From the NCBI GenBank assembly GCA_028534125.1, contig CM052818.1, positions 31,684,001-31,748,000 of the forward strand: a stretch of 64,000 nt of DNA, written 5' to 3'. The notes below the pieces were generated by a model, which saw nothing but the letters and a program-made list of their open reading frames with translations, had not been told where the DNA came from and searched no databases. Both the position numbers and the translations under genes were made by a program. This DNA is from Lama glama (lineage: Eukaryota). Positions 1-13,273 of the stretch are shown in pieces. How positions within the stretch are numbered: position 1 is the first letter of the stretch; every line of letters begins with the position of its first letter.

Positions 1-163
1 TTTTGTTGCAAAAACCCCTGTATATCCTGATTTCTCCCTTCCCTCTTCCCAACATTCCCTCAGAACTATCTGAGAGACTGTTTCCCAGGCTTAAGTCCTT
101 AGTATGTGTGCTGAATGAAACATGATTCTCAATTTTAGGTTGTGCATTTTTTTCCAGTCAACA
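1..163 (+). mobile_element. 3' end of an ERV1-type solo LTR (cut by the window start)
   Basis: CAGAACTATCTGAGAGACTGTTTCCCAGGCTT...GTTGTGCATTTTTTT..GTCAACA resembles recalled laurasiatherian ERV1 LTR R/U5 ends; ends in CA. Confidence 0.6.
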
Positions 164-474
164 AAGGTTAAAATAATATATTTATTTACACTTTGTAGTT
201 ATAGTTTACAAAGCATTTTAATATGTACTCTCTAGTTTGATCCTTCCATCACTGATGTGTGAGGCATTGCTATCTTTCTTTAACATGCAACAAACCAGCC
301 TAAGACTCAGAATTTTCAGGGCATTGAGCAGCACAGCCATAAAAAAGCCCATCTAGGATTAAAACCTATGTCTTATGACCACTCAACCTGGTCTTCTTTC
401 CACTATACCAGCTGTCAGTTTAGTAAATCACAAATAATAATTTCCATGTCTATTTGGCATGAATTTGTTTTTAA

Positions 475-945
475 AGCTTTTCTTTCATTTATCTATTCTA
501 AGGCTATTGAGTACCTGCTATGTGCTAGGCCTCCTTCCTTGACTGGGGACACAGCAGTGCATGAAACAGACAAGACCCTAGCCTCTTGGAGTTTACAATC
601 TGTGGGCCAGGGCTTGGGGTATGGGAGAGGGAACTAACTGAACAGTATTATGTCAGATGGTGGCTAAATACGATGAAGATGATAGGTCACAGACCCACTG
701 GGGTGTGGGTGTGGGGTCACTTCAGGAATGGTCTTCTGGGGATCCTTTCGGAGGAGGTGGTATTTGTGCTGCACCTGGAAGGGGAAGCCAATAATGACTG
801 GGAGGTTAGAGCATTCCAGCAAGAGGGAACCATAAGAGCAAACGCTCTGCAGTGGTGGGAATGAACTTGGACTGCTTGAAGAAGTGAAGGATGGTCTGAA
901 TGACTGGAGTGGGGGCTCTTGCAGGGCTGGTGGACTGTGGCTAGG
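475..945 (-). mobile_element. L2 LINE 3' fragment
   Basis: TATTGAGTACCTGCTATGTGCTAGGC...GGGGACACAGCAGTG...CTCTTGGAGTTTACAATC is the typical antisense L2 3' end. Confidence 0.75.
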
Positions 946-1789
946 AATTTGGCCCATGACTTACTTTCAGCCTCCCACAGAGCAGGGAAGGGAGACAGGC
1001 TCTTCCCTGAGGCTTTTGTGTGAGAGATAGCCAGCATGGTCTGGTGAGCTCCAGGCCTGACCCTGGCACTGACTCCATCCTATTCTTGGGCAAATGGCTC
1101 CCTGCATTCCCAGCCTCAGTTTCCCTACCCATGAAGTGAGAGGTTGTCACTGTCCTTCTACTGAATTTATTTTCCCCCCTTTCCTCACAAGATTATAAAT
1201 TCTGTGAAGACTGGAACAAGGTCTCCTTTTCTATATATAACTCCTTCACAACCCTAACCCATCCATCCACCCATTCTCAAAAACAGTGAGGCCATTTTGG
1301 TTAAATCATGACAGATCAACCAATACAGAAGGTAGGGGTTTAAGAAATACATAGGAGTTAGAATAAGCTGGATTTGTTGACTAATTATAAAAAAACTAGC
1401 AATAAAATTAGCTATAAATACAAAAAGGAGGCATGTGTAGGCCCTGCAGCTGGCTTGCTGCTAGCTCAACCAGTCCTCACCATCTGGGGTCTGGGGGCAG
1501 AGTCCCACGCCAATCCTCTCCCTCACTTAGGGGAGGGTTGCTGGGAAGAAATGTGCTGTCTTGCCTGATACGCTGTTTGAAGTCCGGCTTCCTGGTCTAG
1601 AAGTCTTCTGGAATGAGGTTTACCTGCCTAAACAGCCTGTATTTCATCCCAATGGCTCCATCCTAACTCCACCTTTCCTGAAAAATTAAGTGAAAAGAAG
1701 GGGTAGATGACATTTGCTTAGCTTTACCCTTAGGAATAAAAGAGCGAGTTTTCCAAATGCAAAAGTGATCCTGGGGCTCCTCATCACCC

Positions 1790-2245
1790 TCAGAAGTAAG
1801 TCCAATCCTTATGAAAACTTTTAAGGTCCTGCATGTCCTGGATCCTACCTTCCCTCCCAGTCTCCCCACATCCTTCTACTTCTGTCTTCCCTCCTTCTCT
1901 GAGTCCTGGGATTGGCCATGCTGACTGATCTTTTTACTCAGGCTGAGAATTCTCTTCACTTTTCCCATTGCCCCTTTCTTTGGCCTGAACTCACTCTTGT
2001 TCTCATCCTTCATGTGTCAGTTTGACTATGACAGTCCTGGGACACAGGTTCTTCCGCTGCACATCCGCACAGCCCTCTGAGTCCCTGCCCAACCCCAGTG
2101 CCTCATACCTCATTGTAATTTGCCTTTATTGCCCAGCCTCCCTGAGGGCAGGGACTGTGCTTGTCCTATTCACATGGCCTCCTTCCTGTCTTGCCTAGTG
2201 TCTGGCACGGGGGACACAAATCTTTGCTGACTGGATGAACAAGTG
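1790..2245 (+). mobile_element. L2 LINE fragment
   Basis: CTCCCTGAGGGCAGGGACTGTGCTTGTCCTATTCAC...GCCTAGTGTCTGGCAC...TTTGCTGACTGGATGAAC, L2 3' terminus pattern. Confidence 0.65.
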
Positions 2246-2869
2246 AACCAGGAAGGCCTCTGAAGCTTTTCAGCATAGCTTAGATTTTAGGGTGAAATTC
2301 AGGGATCTCTTGAACTTTCTTGGATTCTGGCAATTGTTGAAATGAACCAGGCCCATGGCTAACAAGGGGAAGGTGAGATAAGGACAGGAGTATTTTAAAG
2401 GTCTTATCCTGAGGCCCTACTCTATGCTCTTCACATGAATTATCTCATTTAATCCCCACAGTTGCTATTGTGATCTCCCACTCAGCAGCCAGACCTGGGT
2501 GGGGGTGGGGGTGGGGGTGGTGAGCAATACTATGTGGGAAGAAAATCAAGATGTAATGAAGGTGCTGGAAACTTTAAATAGAAAGAAAAATAGGCTTAAT
2601 CTGGGGTCTGCCTGAAGAAAGGGATGAGGCCCCAGGATTCTGGCTTCAGGGCCAGAAAGTGATTCTGGGTAGCTTGGTCAATGATAGACAGGGTTTACCC
2701 CGAGTGCTGGCCAAATGCTAGGCACTGGGCTGAGTGCTTTGTATCCCCACTTCATCTAATCTGCACAACAGCCCATTAAGGAAAAGGAACTTGAAAACAG
2801 ATAAGTCACCTGCTCAGTGTCACACAGCTGGTTAGCGGCATAGCTGCAACTGGAGTGCAGACTGACTTC

Positions 2870-3251
2870 TGTCTTAGCTCAGGCTGGTATAACAAAATAT
2901 CATAGGTTGGGTGGCTTAATTAACAGACATTTGTTTCTTACAGTTCTGGCGGCTGAAAATTTGAGATCAGGATGCCAGCATGGTCAAGTTCTGGTGATAG
3001 CCCTTTTCCTGGCTTGCAGACAATGCCCTCTTGTCTTCTTTCTATGTCCTCCCATGACTGGGGGAGTGGGGGTGGATGGAGAGAGCTTGCTTGGTCTCTG
3101 CCTCTTATAAGGGCACTAATCCAATCAAGACGTCTCCACCTTCATGACCTCATTTAAACCTATTTGCCTCCAAATATCATCACATTGGGAATGATGTAAG
3201 GCTTCCACATATGAATCTTGGGGGTGCGGAACACATTTGGTCCACAATAAC
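2870..3251 (-). mobile_element. MaLR solo LTR (MLT1A-like)
   Basis: TGTCTTAGCTCAGGCTGGTATAACAAAATATCATAGGTTGGGTGGCTT...CAGTTCTGG...CCTCTTATAAGGGCACTAATCC...ATGACCTCATTTAA. Confidence 0.85.
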
Positions 3252-3692
3252 CCTTAAGCCCACATGCTCACGGGGGGATTCCCATGTTTTAGTTCACTTC
3301 CTGAATGTAGCTGAATGTGTTCACTTGAAGAACTGAGGCTATATTAGGGATTTATACAAACAATATACTGCCTAGGTCAGCAAGTTCAAGTCTGTGAGGG
3401 CAGATGCAGAACCCAGGTCCAGGTAGGAGACAGATGATTTTAACTGAGATCCCTCAGTCTGGAGGCCCCCAGAGAATCCCCCTGACTTTAGCCTGGCCTC
3501 TTGATTCCAGATATTTTTGGCTAGTATTCCAAGTAATTTCTCTGTTCCATTTCCCTCTGACTCATCCAAAAAGCCCAGTCTCTTCTATAAAAGCAAATAT
3601 TTTCTCAAGCTGAGTCTTCTGCCCCCAGCCAGATGCCCGAGGTCTTTTCTTTCTTACAGTTTCTGATTACAGAGCAATTTCATCTCTCCAGA

Positions 3693-3792
3693 TAGGGTGA
3701 CCAACTTGTCCCTGTTCAGGACTTTCCTGGTTTTAGCACTGAAAATTCTCTGTTCTAGGTCCCCAACTAAATTAGGATGATTGGTAACTCTA
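3693..3792. mobile_element. MER94-like hAT-Blackjack MITE
   Basis: TAGGGTGACCAAC...GGACTTTCCTGGTTTTAGCACTGAAA...GGTAACTCTA, degenerate terminal inverted repeats. Confidence 0.75.
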
Positions 3793-6700
3793 TACCAGAA
3801 GATGGTAGAGGAATTTTTTTTTCTCATCTGCAAACCATTTCTTTAGCTCTTAATGTATACAGCCTGTCTGATTGTGTGACAAACTTTCATCCTCCTTCCC
3901 AGACTTGGCAGGAGAAATGTCCTTGGTGGACTTCTTTCATGTCCTGTTATACCCTTTTGGACACTAGATGGCAGCCTCTCCCTTCTTGTTCAAAGGAAGA
4001 CTGTTAGTGTGCACTAACAGGTCTTTGGGAAGTACTAGCCATGTGTGAAGACCAAGGACCACACATTGGATTAAGAGAGAGAGAAGTGAAATGTATTTAT
4101 GTTTATGGGACAGACTGGAATAAACAAATTAGTGTGAAATGGCAAGTGGTAAAAAGCAAAGATAACCAGATGCAGATCAAAATCCTTCAAGCATTTAAAA
4201 TTTAGGGTAGGGAGAGAGGTGTGCTGTGTTTCACTGTAGAGTGGATCTGCTTTCACCATATGGTCTGAATAACACGTCCATTGTGACTAAATTGTATAAA
4301 GGAGGAGAAAAGGCTAACTGGAGTTAGAGAAGACAAATGCAGGGAACAGAACATCTTCTGGGTCAATTTAACTGCAGCTTTGGTTCTCTGGGTGAGTGAG
4401 CTGCACCATACAGGAGACCCTTCAGGTATGTAACCAGGCCCCGCCTCCTGGCTGAAGACAAGCTGGCAAGCTTTGAGGGGAGAGGCCCCTCTGGAGGCTG
4501 GATGACTCATCCCACCTGCAGACAGCACACTTGCCATGAGCCTTGCTCATCGTCCTGGAAGCTAAATTTATATTCTGAGAAAAGAACACTGTGGTGCTGG
4601 AGCTGGCAGGAGGGAGCAGGGAGGAGATGGGAAGGTAGAGTGCCATCTTCTTGGGGTGGATTATAATTAGTTTTAAGTGGACTCACAATACAAGGGTTTT
4701 GTGAGTAAGCCCAAGGGATTATTTTACGGAGAAAGCAGTATATGAGCAACTCTGGTTTTCTCTTTAAGCGCCTGCCCCTCCCCTTAAATCTCAGTAGATG
4801 CTAACTTAGAATGTCTGAGGCCCACAAATTATGCCACTGACTCCCTCTTTCAAAACCTTATTTGAGTTAAGGATTAACACATTGCTCTTCAGAAGCCAGG
4901 CTTGTTAACCTAGAGAATGGTAGAGGCGGATGGGCCCTCAGTTGCCCAGTGGTTCAGGGGCTTTTTCCTACTGTTGGAGAGTCCTAGCTATCCAGAGTTT
5001 CCTTACACATATGATTCTGTGCAGATAATAACTTTAACATGTCTAAAGAAACTGTTGCTACATTTATCTGTTTTATTATGGGCTCTGGAAAAATTTGGTT
5101 TGAAAAAAAAATCCCTTATTAAAAATGCAAGTTTGAAGACCATGGATAAATTATTCAGGCCCAGTGTGGTGAAGTCAAACAATGGCCTTTCCCTAGAGTT
5201 GATCAAGCAGGAGGATTAAACCCAAGTGGACACGGTTGCTCCTGGCACAGCTCAATCAGAAGACACTCTTTTCCTGTCCTAGATCCCAAGTGCTTTGAAC
5301 TGAGAGGAGCAAGTCAAAAGAGGTCTCCAAAGTGTGAGGCTGGAGTGGAGTCAGCAGTGTTGGAGATGAAGAGGTTTTGAGGAGAAAGCTCTGGAGAGGC
5401 ATCACCAAAGGTGCTTCAGCTCAGATGCAGGAGCTGCTCTCTGTCCTTCAGAGGCTGGGAATTTGATGCTTAAATAAGTTGTATTTGCTTTTTCTTAGAC
5501 TCTTCACATCTGGAGGAAGGTCTTCACTCTTGTGCACTGGAGGTGGCAGTCAGGTAGGGCATGAGCTAAGGACAGTCCAGAATTGTAGGGCTGGTGGGAA
5601 TGTTTCAGGCTGGACAGAAATGTGACATAAGTGGTGGGAGTAGCAGAGAGGAAGGGGTGCTGAACAAGACGAAGAGAGACCTGGGCCCCTTCACACCCTT
5701 GAGCTTCAGTTTCTTCATCTATAACATTAAGGATAATGATATAGGGGTTCTACTGACCCCTAAGGTTGTTTTGAGAAACAAACTGAATTATGTATGAATA
5801 AAAACACCAAATATTGAAAGTAGCTGACAGTTTTTGAGCACTTACTATGTTAAGCCCTTGACATAGTCAGTTCTCAGAGAAGGGCTTTTAAGAAGCAATA
5901 ACATCATAACACAGTGAATATGGGATTCCTACATTGTACTAACTGAGAGCAGGGACTTGTATCACACAGGCCTGGGTTTGGTTCTGTCTCTAACAGTTTC
6001 CACGTATATGTGAGGCTGAATGGATTACTTACTACCTCTGAGTTTCAGTCTCCTCAAGGTAATACCTGGCTTATAGGACTGTGGTTGTATGCATCAAATG
6101 ACATACTGCATATAAAACATTTAGCAAAATGCTTATAGAGTGCCTATAAACACTGGCTTAAAAATGATACTTTTATGTGAACTTCTGTCCTAGTCACTAG
6201 GGGTATATTAACATTAATAGGGCATCATGCCTGCATCTGCCTTGAAGTGTTTACAACCTAATTGGGAGGTAAACATAAACATGGGCAGATTACTAACATA
6301 TAAGGCTAACACATAACCAGTAAGTGATCCAAACTTAATACATTTTAAGGAATATAGAGTAAGGAGAACAGTAACTTCAAGATGTGGGTAGGAGGCAGGG
6401 TAGGAAGACTTTTTGCAAAGCCAATTATATGTCCATAGAGTTGATTTTTTTGTCACCCTCAAGGCAACCATGTAAGGTAAATCATGGGTAATCCCAACAT
6501 CCTGTCGCTGTTTAACCAGTTTCCTGCAGGTCTGCCATGTTTTGGATATGGTTTATATAGGTGGACCCGGGCCAGCTGGAGTAAACAATAGGGTAGAGAG
6601 TGGAGAAGGGCAGAGCTACTTAGACTTGAGTGTGCTCAAGGTCAGCTGAAAAGTTGTTAAAAAGTTCAACAGACCCCACCTCAAGAGATTCAGTAGGTCT

Positions 6701-7079
6701 GGGGTGCGGCCCATGGGTTTGCACATGGGCCTGGGGACTGCACACTGTGAGCAGGGCTGGCATGAGAGTGGTCAAGAGATACCCTAGGACCAGAGGACAC
6801 ACTTACTGGTGTGAGCTTTCAATTTGCTCCTAGAACTTTGACTTATCCCTATTCAAACAACCCTCCTGCTTACCTCTTGGATGACCTGGGGAGAACTTCT
6901 CAATCTCTCAGAATATCCATTTCCTCATGACTGCGTCTGTCCCTGTCTGTCTTGGCTGACTCTTCATGGCTTCTTCCAGGACTTGGTCTGACACACCTGG
7001 TTTACAGGTCTGCCAGAACTCTTCTCACTGACCTAATACCTAGTTACAGTTCCTCTTTCACTGGCTTTCTTGTTGTGAT

Positions 7080-7428
7080 TATCTTAGTTCAGGCTGCTAT
7101 AACACAGTACCATAGACTGAGTGGTTTACAAACAACAAATGTTTATCTCTCACAGTCCTAGAGGTTGGAAGTCTGAGATCAGGGTTTAGTTCTGGTGAGA
7201 GCTCTTTTCTGGGTTACAGCCTGTCAACTTCTCATTGCATCCATGCATAGTGGAAGGAGAGAGAGCTAGCTCTCTGATCTCTTTTTATAAGGACACAAAT
7301 CCAACTCATTAGGGCTCCACCCTCATAACCTAATTACCTCCCAAAGGCCTCACCTCTAATATCACCACACTGGGGATTAGATTTCAACATACGAATTTTG
7401 GAGGGACACAAACATTCAGTCCATAGCA
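7080..7428 (-). mobile_element. MaLR solo LTR (MLT1A0-like)
   Basis: TCTTAGTTCAGGCTGCTATAACACAGTACCATAGACTGAGTGG...GGAGGGACACAAACATTCAGTCCATAGCA. Confidence 0.88.
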
Positions 7429-7764
7429 CTTACACATTCATGAGAACAGTTTCCTTGAGGTGTTTTCACATATAGATCTCTGAACTCTGTGAACCCTTGT
7501 TGATTATTATAGCTAAGACTTTCGTGTCCAGAACGATAAAAACCTGAGAAGTTCTTTTTTATAATGAATGTATGTCATTTGGCTGTTCTCTCTAACCAGG
7601 CATAGAATGAGCATTGAGCAAGTGAGGCTTGTCATTGTACTTTACTATTTTCGCCACAATAATTGGTCAATGGAATGAGCGATGACCAAGGCCAGGTCAG
7701 TCAATCCCTTCCCTGGGATTTTTCATACAGCAATTGACAAAATCTGGTATCTCAGGTCATGAAG

Positions 7765-8326
7765 TGTGCTAGATTGTATTTTTCAAAGATGCTCAGCAAA
7801 GTCTCCTAGATTTCAGCTCATTTTACAATGTGACTTTTTCACTCCTCCTATTGAGAAATGGGGTTTATGTTCCCTCTCCTTGAAACTGGGTAGTGTGGGA
7901 TTATGGTGAAACTAATGCCTTGTGATATCTGAGGCTATGTAATAAAAGATGAAGTGCTTTCCATTTGATTCTTTTGGTACACTTATTCTTGGAACCCAGC
8001 CACCGTGCTATGAGGAATCGTAAGTAGCCACATAGAGAGGTCATGAATAGATCTTCTGGCTGATAGCCCCACTGAGGTCTCAGTCAACAGCTAACACCAG
8101 TCACCAGACAAGAGGGTGAGGGATCTCTCAGATGGTTCCAGATTCCAGCTGTCAAGTCACCCCTAATCTTTGAGCCCCAGCTGACACGACAAAGACTAAA
8201 GATGAGAGCCCTGCCTGAATAGTAGACTAGTAATACTATAGATTCATGAGCAAAATAAATTATTGTTGTTCTATTAAGCTGTCAAATTTGGGGTGGCTTA
8301 TAATACAGTAATAAATAACTGAAACA
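7765..8326 (+). mobile_element. MaLR solo LTR (MLT1F/G-like), apparently nested in older MLT1 sequence
   Basis: TG...CA ends; CTTGGAACCCAGCCACCGTGCTATGAGGAA and AATTTGGGGTGG...AATAAATAACTGAAACA. Confidence 0.75.
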
Positions 8327-8689
8327 TGGAACTTGATGATAAGAATTTGGAATTTCCAGCAGACATGTCCACTAGATGAAGATAACTTATTGGTAGTAGG
8401 AGAGAACAATGCCAAGCATAGAGAAAAGTGAAAAAAAAAAAAGGCAGATGGAGTTCCAATGATGATTGAGTCCTCAAACCCAGTCGCTGGGGGTCCTCAA
8501 ATCTTCACCCACTTTTGTGGCTTTTCCACTCACATTGTGAGCTACCTATGCCCGTTTCCTTTCAACAAAGCCATTTTCTTAAGATGGTCTGATGTGGGTT
8601 TCTATCACCACTTTCACAAAGAGGTCCTAGTAACATCTATTTCCTTTAGTATATGTTTTACGTAATTTCTACACAAGGTGTGGTGCAAA

Positions 8690-8840
8690 AGTATCAGCCC
8701 CAACTGAGAGACTGTAAGAAAGGCAAACGTCCAGGCACCAACCCAAATCTACTGAATATGTGGGTGTGGGGCCCTGGAATCATATTTTAACAAGCTCTTC
8801 AGGAGATTCTTACACACATTAAAGTTTCAGAAACTCACTC
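8690..8840. mobile_element. MER5A-like hAT MITE
   Basis: CTACTGAAT...GTGGGGCCCTGGAATCATATTTTAACAAGCTCTTCAGGAGATTCTTACACACATTAAAGTTTCAGAAAC. Confidence 0.7.
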
Positions 8841-10154
8841 TACGTTTTAGCAGTGCCTTATTTTATTATTATTATTTTTTACCTTCCCTAAAGTATTGGT
8901 TGTAGGAGGATGCAAATGACACAAGATTTTAAAGGGCAATTTCTGACTCTGTCTCTCCACAGTATCACTCATATGAGCTGCATCCCAGGTGTGAGGTGCT
9001 GTTCACAGGAGAATGGATAAGGAAGTATGGATGATGGTGACACTGTATGGGAATAATTTTCCCACAGAGATTATGGATTTGAAATTGTTCATTTGTAACC
9101 ACTTATTTGCTCTCTAGCCCTGCCTAGGTGTTGGGAGTATATCTAGGTATTGACACAATTCCTGTTCCCAAGGTAATTAAAGCTTAGTTTTGGAAAAAAC
9201 AATATGAGTAAAAGAATTTAATAATGCACTATACGTATCTCATGCCAAAAGCCAAAGGACAGATATGGGCCATGCATCCTGGATGCCCTATACAATCACC
9301 ATTTCAAATATTTTGTTCCCTGGCCCCATACACTATCAAAACATCCTCCAGAGTCCAATTTTTGAGCATTCAAGCAACATTTCCCAGACTGTCTTTCACA
9401 TCTGTCAACAGTACAAAATTCTATATTCACATGTCCCAATTTTGGGTTCAGAAATACAGTCTCTATAGATAGGTTTTTAATGAAAGGAAAGATAAATTAT
9501 CATCGAGTGGGGACGCCAAGAAAGGATCTGCAGAGGATGTGAAATTAAGTTTGGTCTGAAAGGATGGGCAGCTTGGATTCTAGGGGAGAAGGGGGAAGGG
9601 CAGCCTTGGGGTAGAAAGGAATCATGTAACCTGAGGACTGCTGTAGAAGTGCTGGCAGCAGAGCCAGTGGGCCTGTTAGACTGGGCTGTAGAGGAGAAAA
9701 GCTGGAGAAAGGAAAGGTGGAAATTGCATTTGTCCAGATAAGTCAAGTGGGGCCGCAGGAAATGGGAGAGCAAGAGCTCAGGATGAAAACGACCTCTGAG
9801 ACAAATGATCGTGACAGCAGCACACAGGATAGGTTAGGAGAGACTGTGAGAGGACTCCTCTGAAGGCTTTGCTGTGTCCCATGTCATTTCTGTCCCATTC
9901 TGTGGGGGGATGGTGCTTTGCTTTTCAGGCCTTTAATCCCATATAAAAATAGTTCCAGATTTATTTTAACTGCAGTCTTGATCAGGCACTTTCCCAGGAG
10001 ATTCATTCCTTTCACTACGTCCTTCAAAATGCTGACAACCTCCTTCTACCTGTGCACATTTTATCCTGCATCTTAGTCTTCCCCCTGCCCCTGGCCCCAT
10101 GTGGCATTCTCTACCTGGATCAGTGCTTGGCAAACTGTGGCAATGATTTGAGAA

Positions 10155-10315
10155 TTTTTTTTTTAAATCAACCAGCTTTAATGAAGTATCATTGAAGTAC
10201 AATAGACTGCAAAATTTAAAGTGTACAATTGATGTTTTGACATATATATGTATAGAACCATCACCACAATCAAGATAATGAACACCTATATTATTCCTGG
10301 AAGCTTTCTCATGTC
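10155..10315 (-). mobile_element. old L1 3'-end fragment (L1MB-like)
   Basis: poly-T then CAGCTTTAATGAAGTAT...TTTAAAGTGTACAATT...ACCATCACCACAATCAAGATAATGAACA; GAATTTTT on both sides is a possible target-site duplication (TSD). Confidence 0.75.
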
Positions 10316-10593
10316 AATCGGGGGAATTTTTAGCTGCATTTTGCAGGAAGAGTATCCTGATGGGGAAGTGGTGGTCAGGATAGAAAACAGATCTCCTTTG
10401 GGCAGAAACATGGACTCCATATGCTATTTCATGGGAAATTCCAACCACCACTTGCTCCCCCTTACCCCTCACAGTGCCTGCAGAATTTAGGGAGTGGTTC
10501 TGAATAACCAGTTCATTGTAATAGTCGGTTGGCAGCAGTGGAAATCATACTTGATCCAAAATGAATAATGCTTCACCTAGTCCTTTTATTTAT

Positions 10594-11029
10594 CCTTCTT
10601 CTTTCCCACTGAAAATAAAAACAGCCATTTTTTGATTACATACCAAATGAGAGGTACTCGGCTAAAGGCTCACATACCATTCCCCACTCAATTCACTTTT
10701 CTGAGGTGGATTATTTTTTTCTCAATATATTCTTTCTGAGGTAGATAAGTTAGTGGCTTGCCTAGGGCCCTACAGTTGGTAAACAGAGTCACTGGCTTTT
10801 GAATTTTGCTTTGCTGACGGCAAGTGGGGCCACTATGTGCAGCAGCACAGGTTGGGCACTGCACAACTCCAGGGGATCTCATTCATATGGACTGCAAGGG
10901 CCTGCTCCAAAGCCCTTTCTCTTTGTTGTTTCCTTCTTCTAAACGAGCCAGGCAAGAGAGGAGCTGTTGGTGCAGAGGGATATTCCCTCAGAGAACCTGG
11001 CTGAACATTAGGAAACCTCATGCTGTTGT
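10594..11029. repeat. left arm of a local inverted duplication (three blocks: ~10594-10679, ~10842-10889, ~10963-11029)
   Basis: each block is the reverse complement of consecutive parts of 11431-11631, e.g. TACCAAATGAGAGGTACTCGGCTAAAGGCTCACATACCA vs TGGTATGTGAGCCTTTAGCCCAGTACCTCACATTTGGTA. Confidence 0.9.
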
Positions 11030-11430
11030 CTCATTTGAATATTTACTGATATTAGGCTGAGATAACCCAATCTCCCTATTCCACCACTGCTAGGAGCTGA
11101 ATTGTACCCCCAACCAATCATATGTTGACACCCTAATCCCAATGTGACTGTATCTGGTGGAATCAGTGGGTTGTGTTATTCGTCTGTCTGGAGTCCATGC
11201 TCTCCAAGCCACCTTCTAGTAATCTTGCTTCCTTTGATCTTTAAGGAAAGAATGCACCAGTCTGGCCAACACAAAAGCTTAGTATACTTGGTGTACATTA
11301 AGTATTGTTGCTTGATGAATTTGAGTCAGAATGCTCAAGACTGAAAAACTCTGACTCACTGAAAGATCAGCTTTGGACCCACAAAATTGAAAACCAGATA
11401 CTGGACCTTGGTGAATTCATTACAATACAT

Positions 11431-11631
11431 ACAACAGCATGAGGTTTCCTAATGGTCAGCCAGCCTCTCCAAGGGATTATCCTTCTGTACCAACAGCATA
11501 TGAATGAGATTCCCTGGAGTTGTGCTGTGCCCAAGCTGTGCTACTGGTATGTGAGCCTTTAGCCCAGTACCTCACATTTGGTAGATAATAAAAAAATTAT
11601 GGCTATTTTGATTTTTAGTAAGAAAGAAGGA
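11431..11631. repeat. right arm of the local inverted duplication
   Basis: ACAACAGCATGAGGTTTCCTAATGGTCAGCCAG pairs with CTGGCTGAACATTAGGAAACCTCATGCTGTTGT (10997-11029); CATATGAATGAGATTCCCTGGAGTTGTGC pairs with 10861-10889. Confidence 0.9.
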
Positions 11632-13273
11632 TTTTTAATTATAATATTAAGGTCAATTTTAACCCTGGCAATCTATGGGTCTTTGATCCTGGAGCCCTAC
11701 AGAGTTAGCTTGGATTCAGTGCCTCAGTGGTACCTAGCAGCTGAAAGGTAGTTCAGCACAAATGGTCACTCTGTCCTGACTGCTGTGTGACTCTAGCCAA
11801 GTGACTGTCTGTCTCTAAGTTCTGACCTGGGTTACTAGAAGTGTAAGGTCCTCACATTCAGAACATTCTTTTCTCTTTCCTTTTTGCTGTCTTTTACCAT
11901 TAACTCTGGCTCTCTTTCTTTATTGTTTGCCTTTCTCTTTTGTCTTGATTTTCTTTCTTTCTGTTTTTTCTTACCCTATTTTTTTTCTTTTTCTTCTTGG
12001 TTTTATGACTTGACTTGTAAGAATAAAGTAGTGGGCCAGCCCCTGAGGGTGTATCTTTTTGTCTTCATGGAGCAGAGGAATTGAAGGACACTTTTCTGTT
12101 GTGATACTCATGTTTGTTCTCACCAGCGTATTTCAGGATACTTATCAGTAAGTGACTTTCCTTGCAGGGGCTTAATTAAGGTTGAAGGGTTGACACCCAT
12201 GTGGATCCCTGCTAAATATGTTGCTTTACATCTAACTTTGTTGCATATTGCCACCTTGTGGAGTGAGTGGGAAACTTAGACGAGAGAAGGAGACTCAAGG
12301 ACAGACGGATATTTGAAAATATGATAACAATGTCCCCTGAGTAAACTGCCCTTCCTGGATGATGACTTTCTTTTCTTGATGTTGTATAATCATTTAAACC
12401 AGTTTGTGATTCTGATTCATACACATCTTTTTGAAGGGGAGTGCAGTGGGAAGCATAAAAGTAGACAGGAGTTTCAGAGAATTAAGGTTGAATCTCATTT
12501 AAGCCTTGTAGAAGCTATGTGACCTTCAGAAAGTCACTTGATGTTTCTGAGCCTCTGTGAAAGAGGGAGCCATCCCAGGGTGATTCTGAGAAGGGCTAGG
12601 AGGGGAGAATGCCAAGAAATGTTAATTTCCTTCCTGCAGTGATGAAGTGCACCCCCACCCCACCACTCCCTACCCCTCGCCTGCGACACATCAGTCCCCT
12701 GCACTCTTCACCCTCAGTAGCCTGCAAAATGGGTACCATAGCAGTCACGGTTTCTGGTGTGCAAGCCCAGATTTTCATAGCGTCCTCCTTGTACCCTTTC
12801 CTTTGGGTGGTGTGGGGGTGCACTCGCACTAAGACCTGCTCATCCGGCCCTATCGAGTCCACGCAGAGGAACTCCCTATGGCTTCTTATTTTGCTACTAT
12901 ATCCAAGATTCAAAGTCCTTGTGCGTCCAATTTAAATTTGGAGGTTTCCTCCTCCCCCCTCTCCTTGCTCCCCATTTGACCAGTTTCATAGCTATTCCAG
13001 ATAATTTCTCCACACGACACCCGGTGTAATAAGGTTCCCTGCCCACACTGCCTTTGGTTCGTACGCACTGAATGGTTGTGGGGATGCCTGGCTCAGGTTT
13101 GCTAAGGCGTGGACACTGAAGCCAGATTCAGTGCCTAAGAGAGGACCTGTTTGCACGGGAGACAGAGGCATGCTCACCACCCGCGGTTTCCAGTTGTTCC
13201 GCTGCCCTCAGGACTGCCTCTTACCGGAGCAAAGGCCGAGCGACGTCCAGAGTGGGGTGGGGGGAGGGGCGGG

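Noticed and set aside
2870..7428. Two same-orientation MLT1A-like LTRs as the ends of one provirus
   Set aside because: The intervening DNA is MIR, MER and unique sequence rather than MaLR internal sequence, and no shared TSD is visible.
10594..11631. Right arm as a spliced retrocopy or miRNA precursor
   Set aside because: The skipped segments lack GT-AG on either strand, there is no poly-A or TSD, and the 400-bp loop is unlike a pre-miRNA.
12596..12935. Antiparallel ORFs of 105 and 108 aa upstream of the island
   Set aside because: No recognisable protein or exon boundaries; lengths are compatible with chance in GC-richer DNA.
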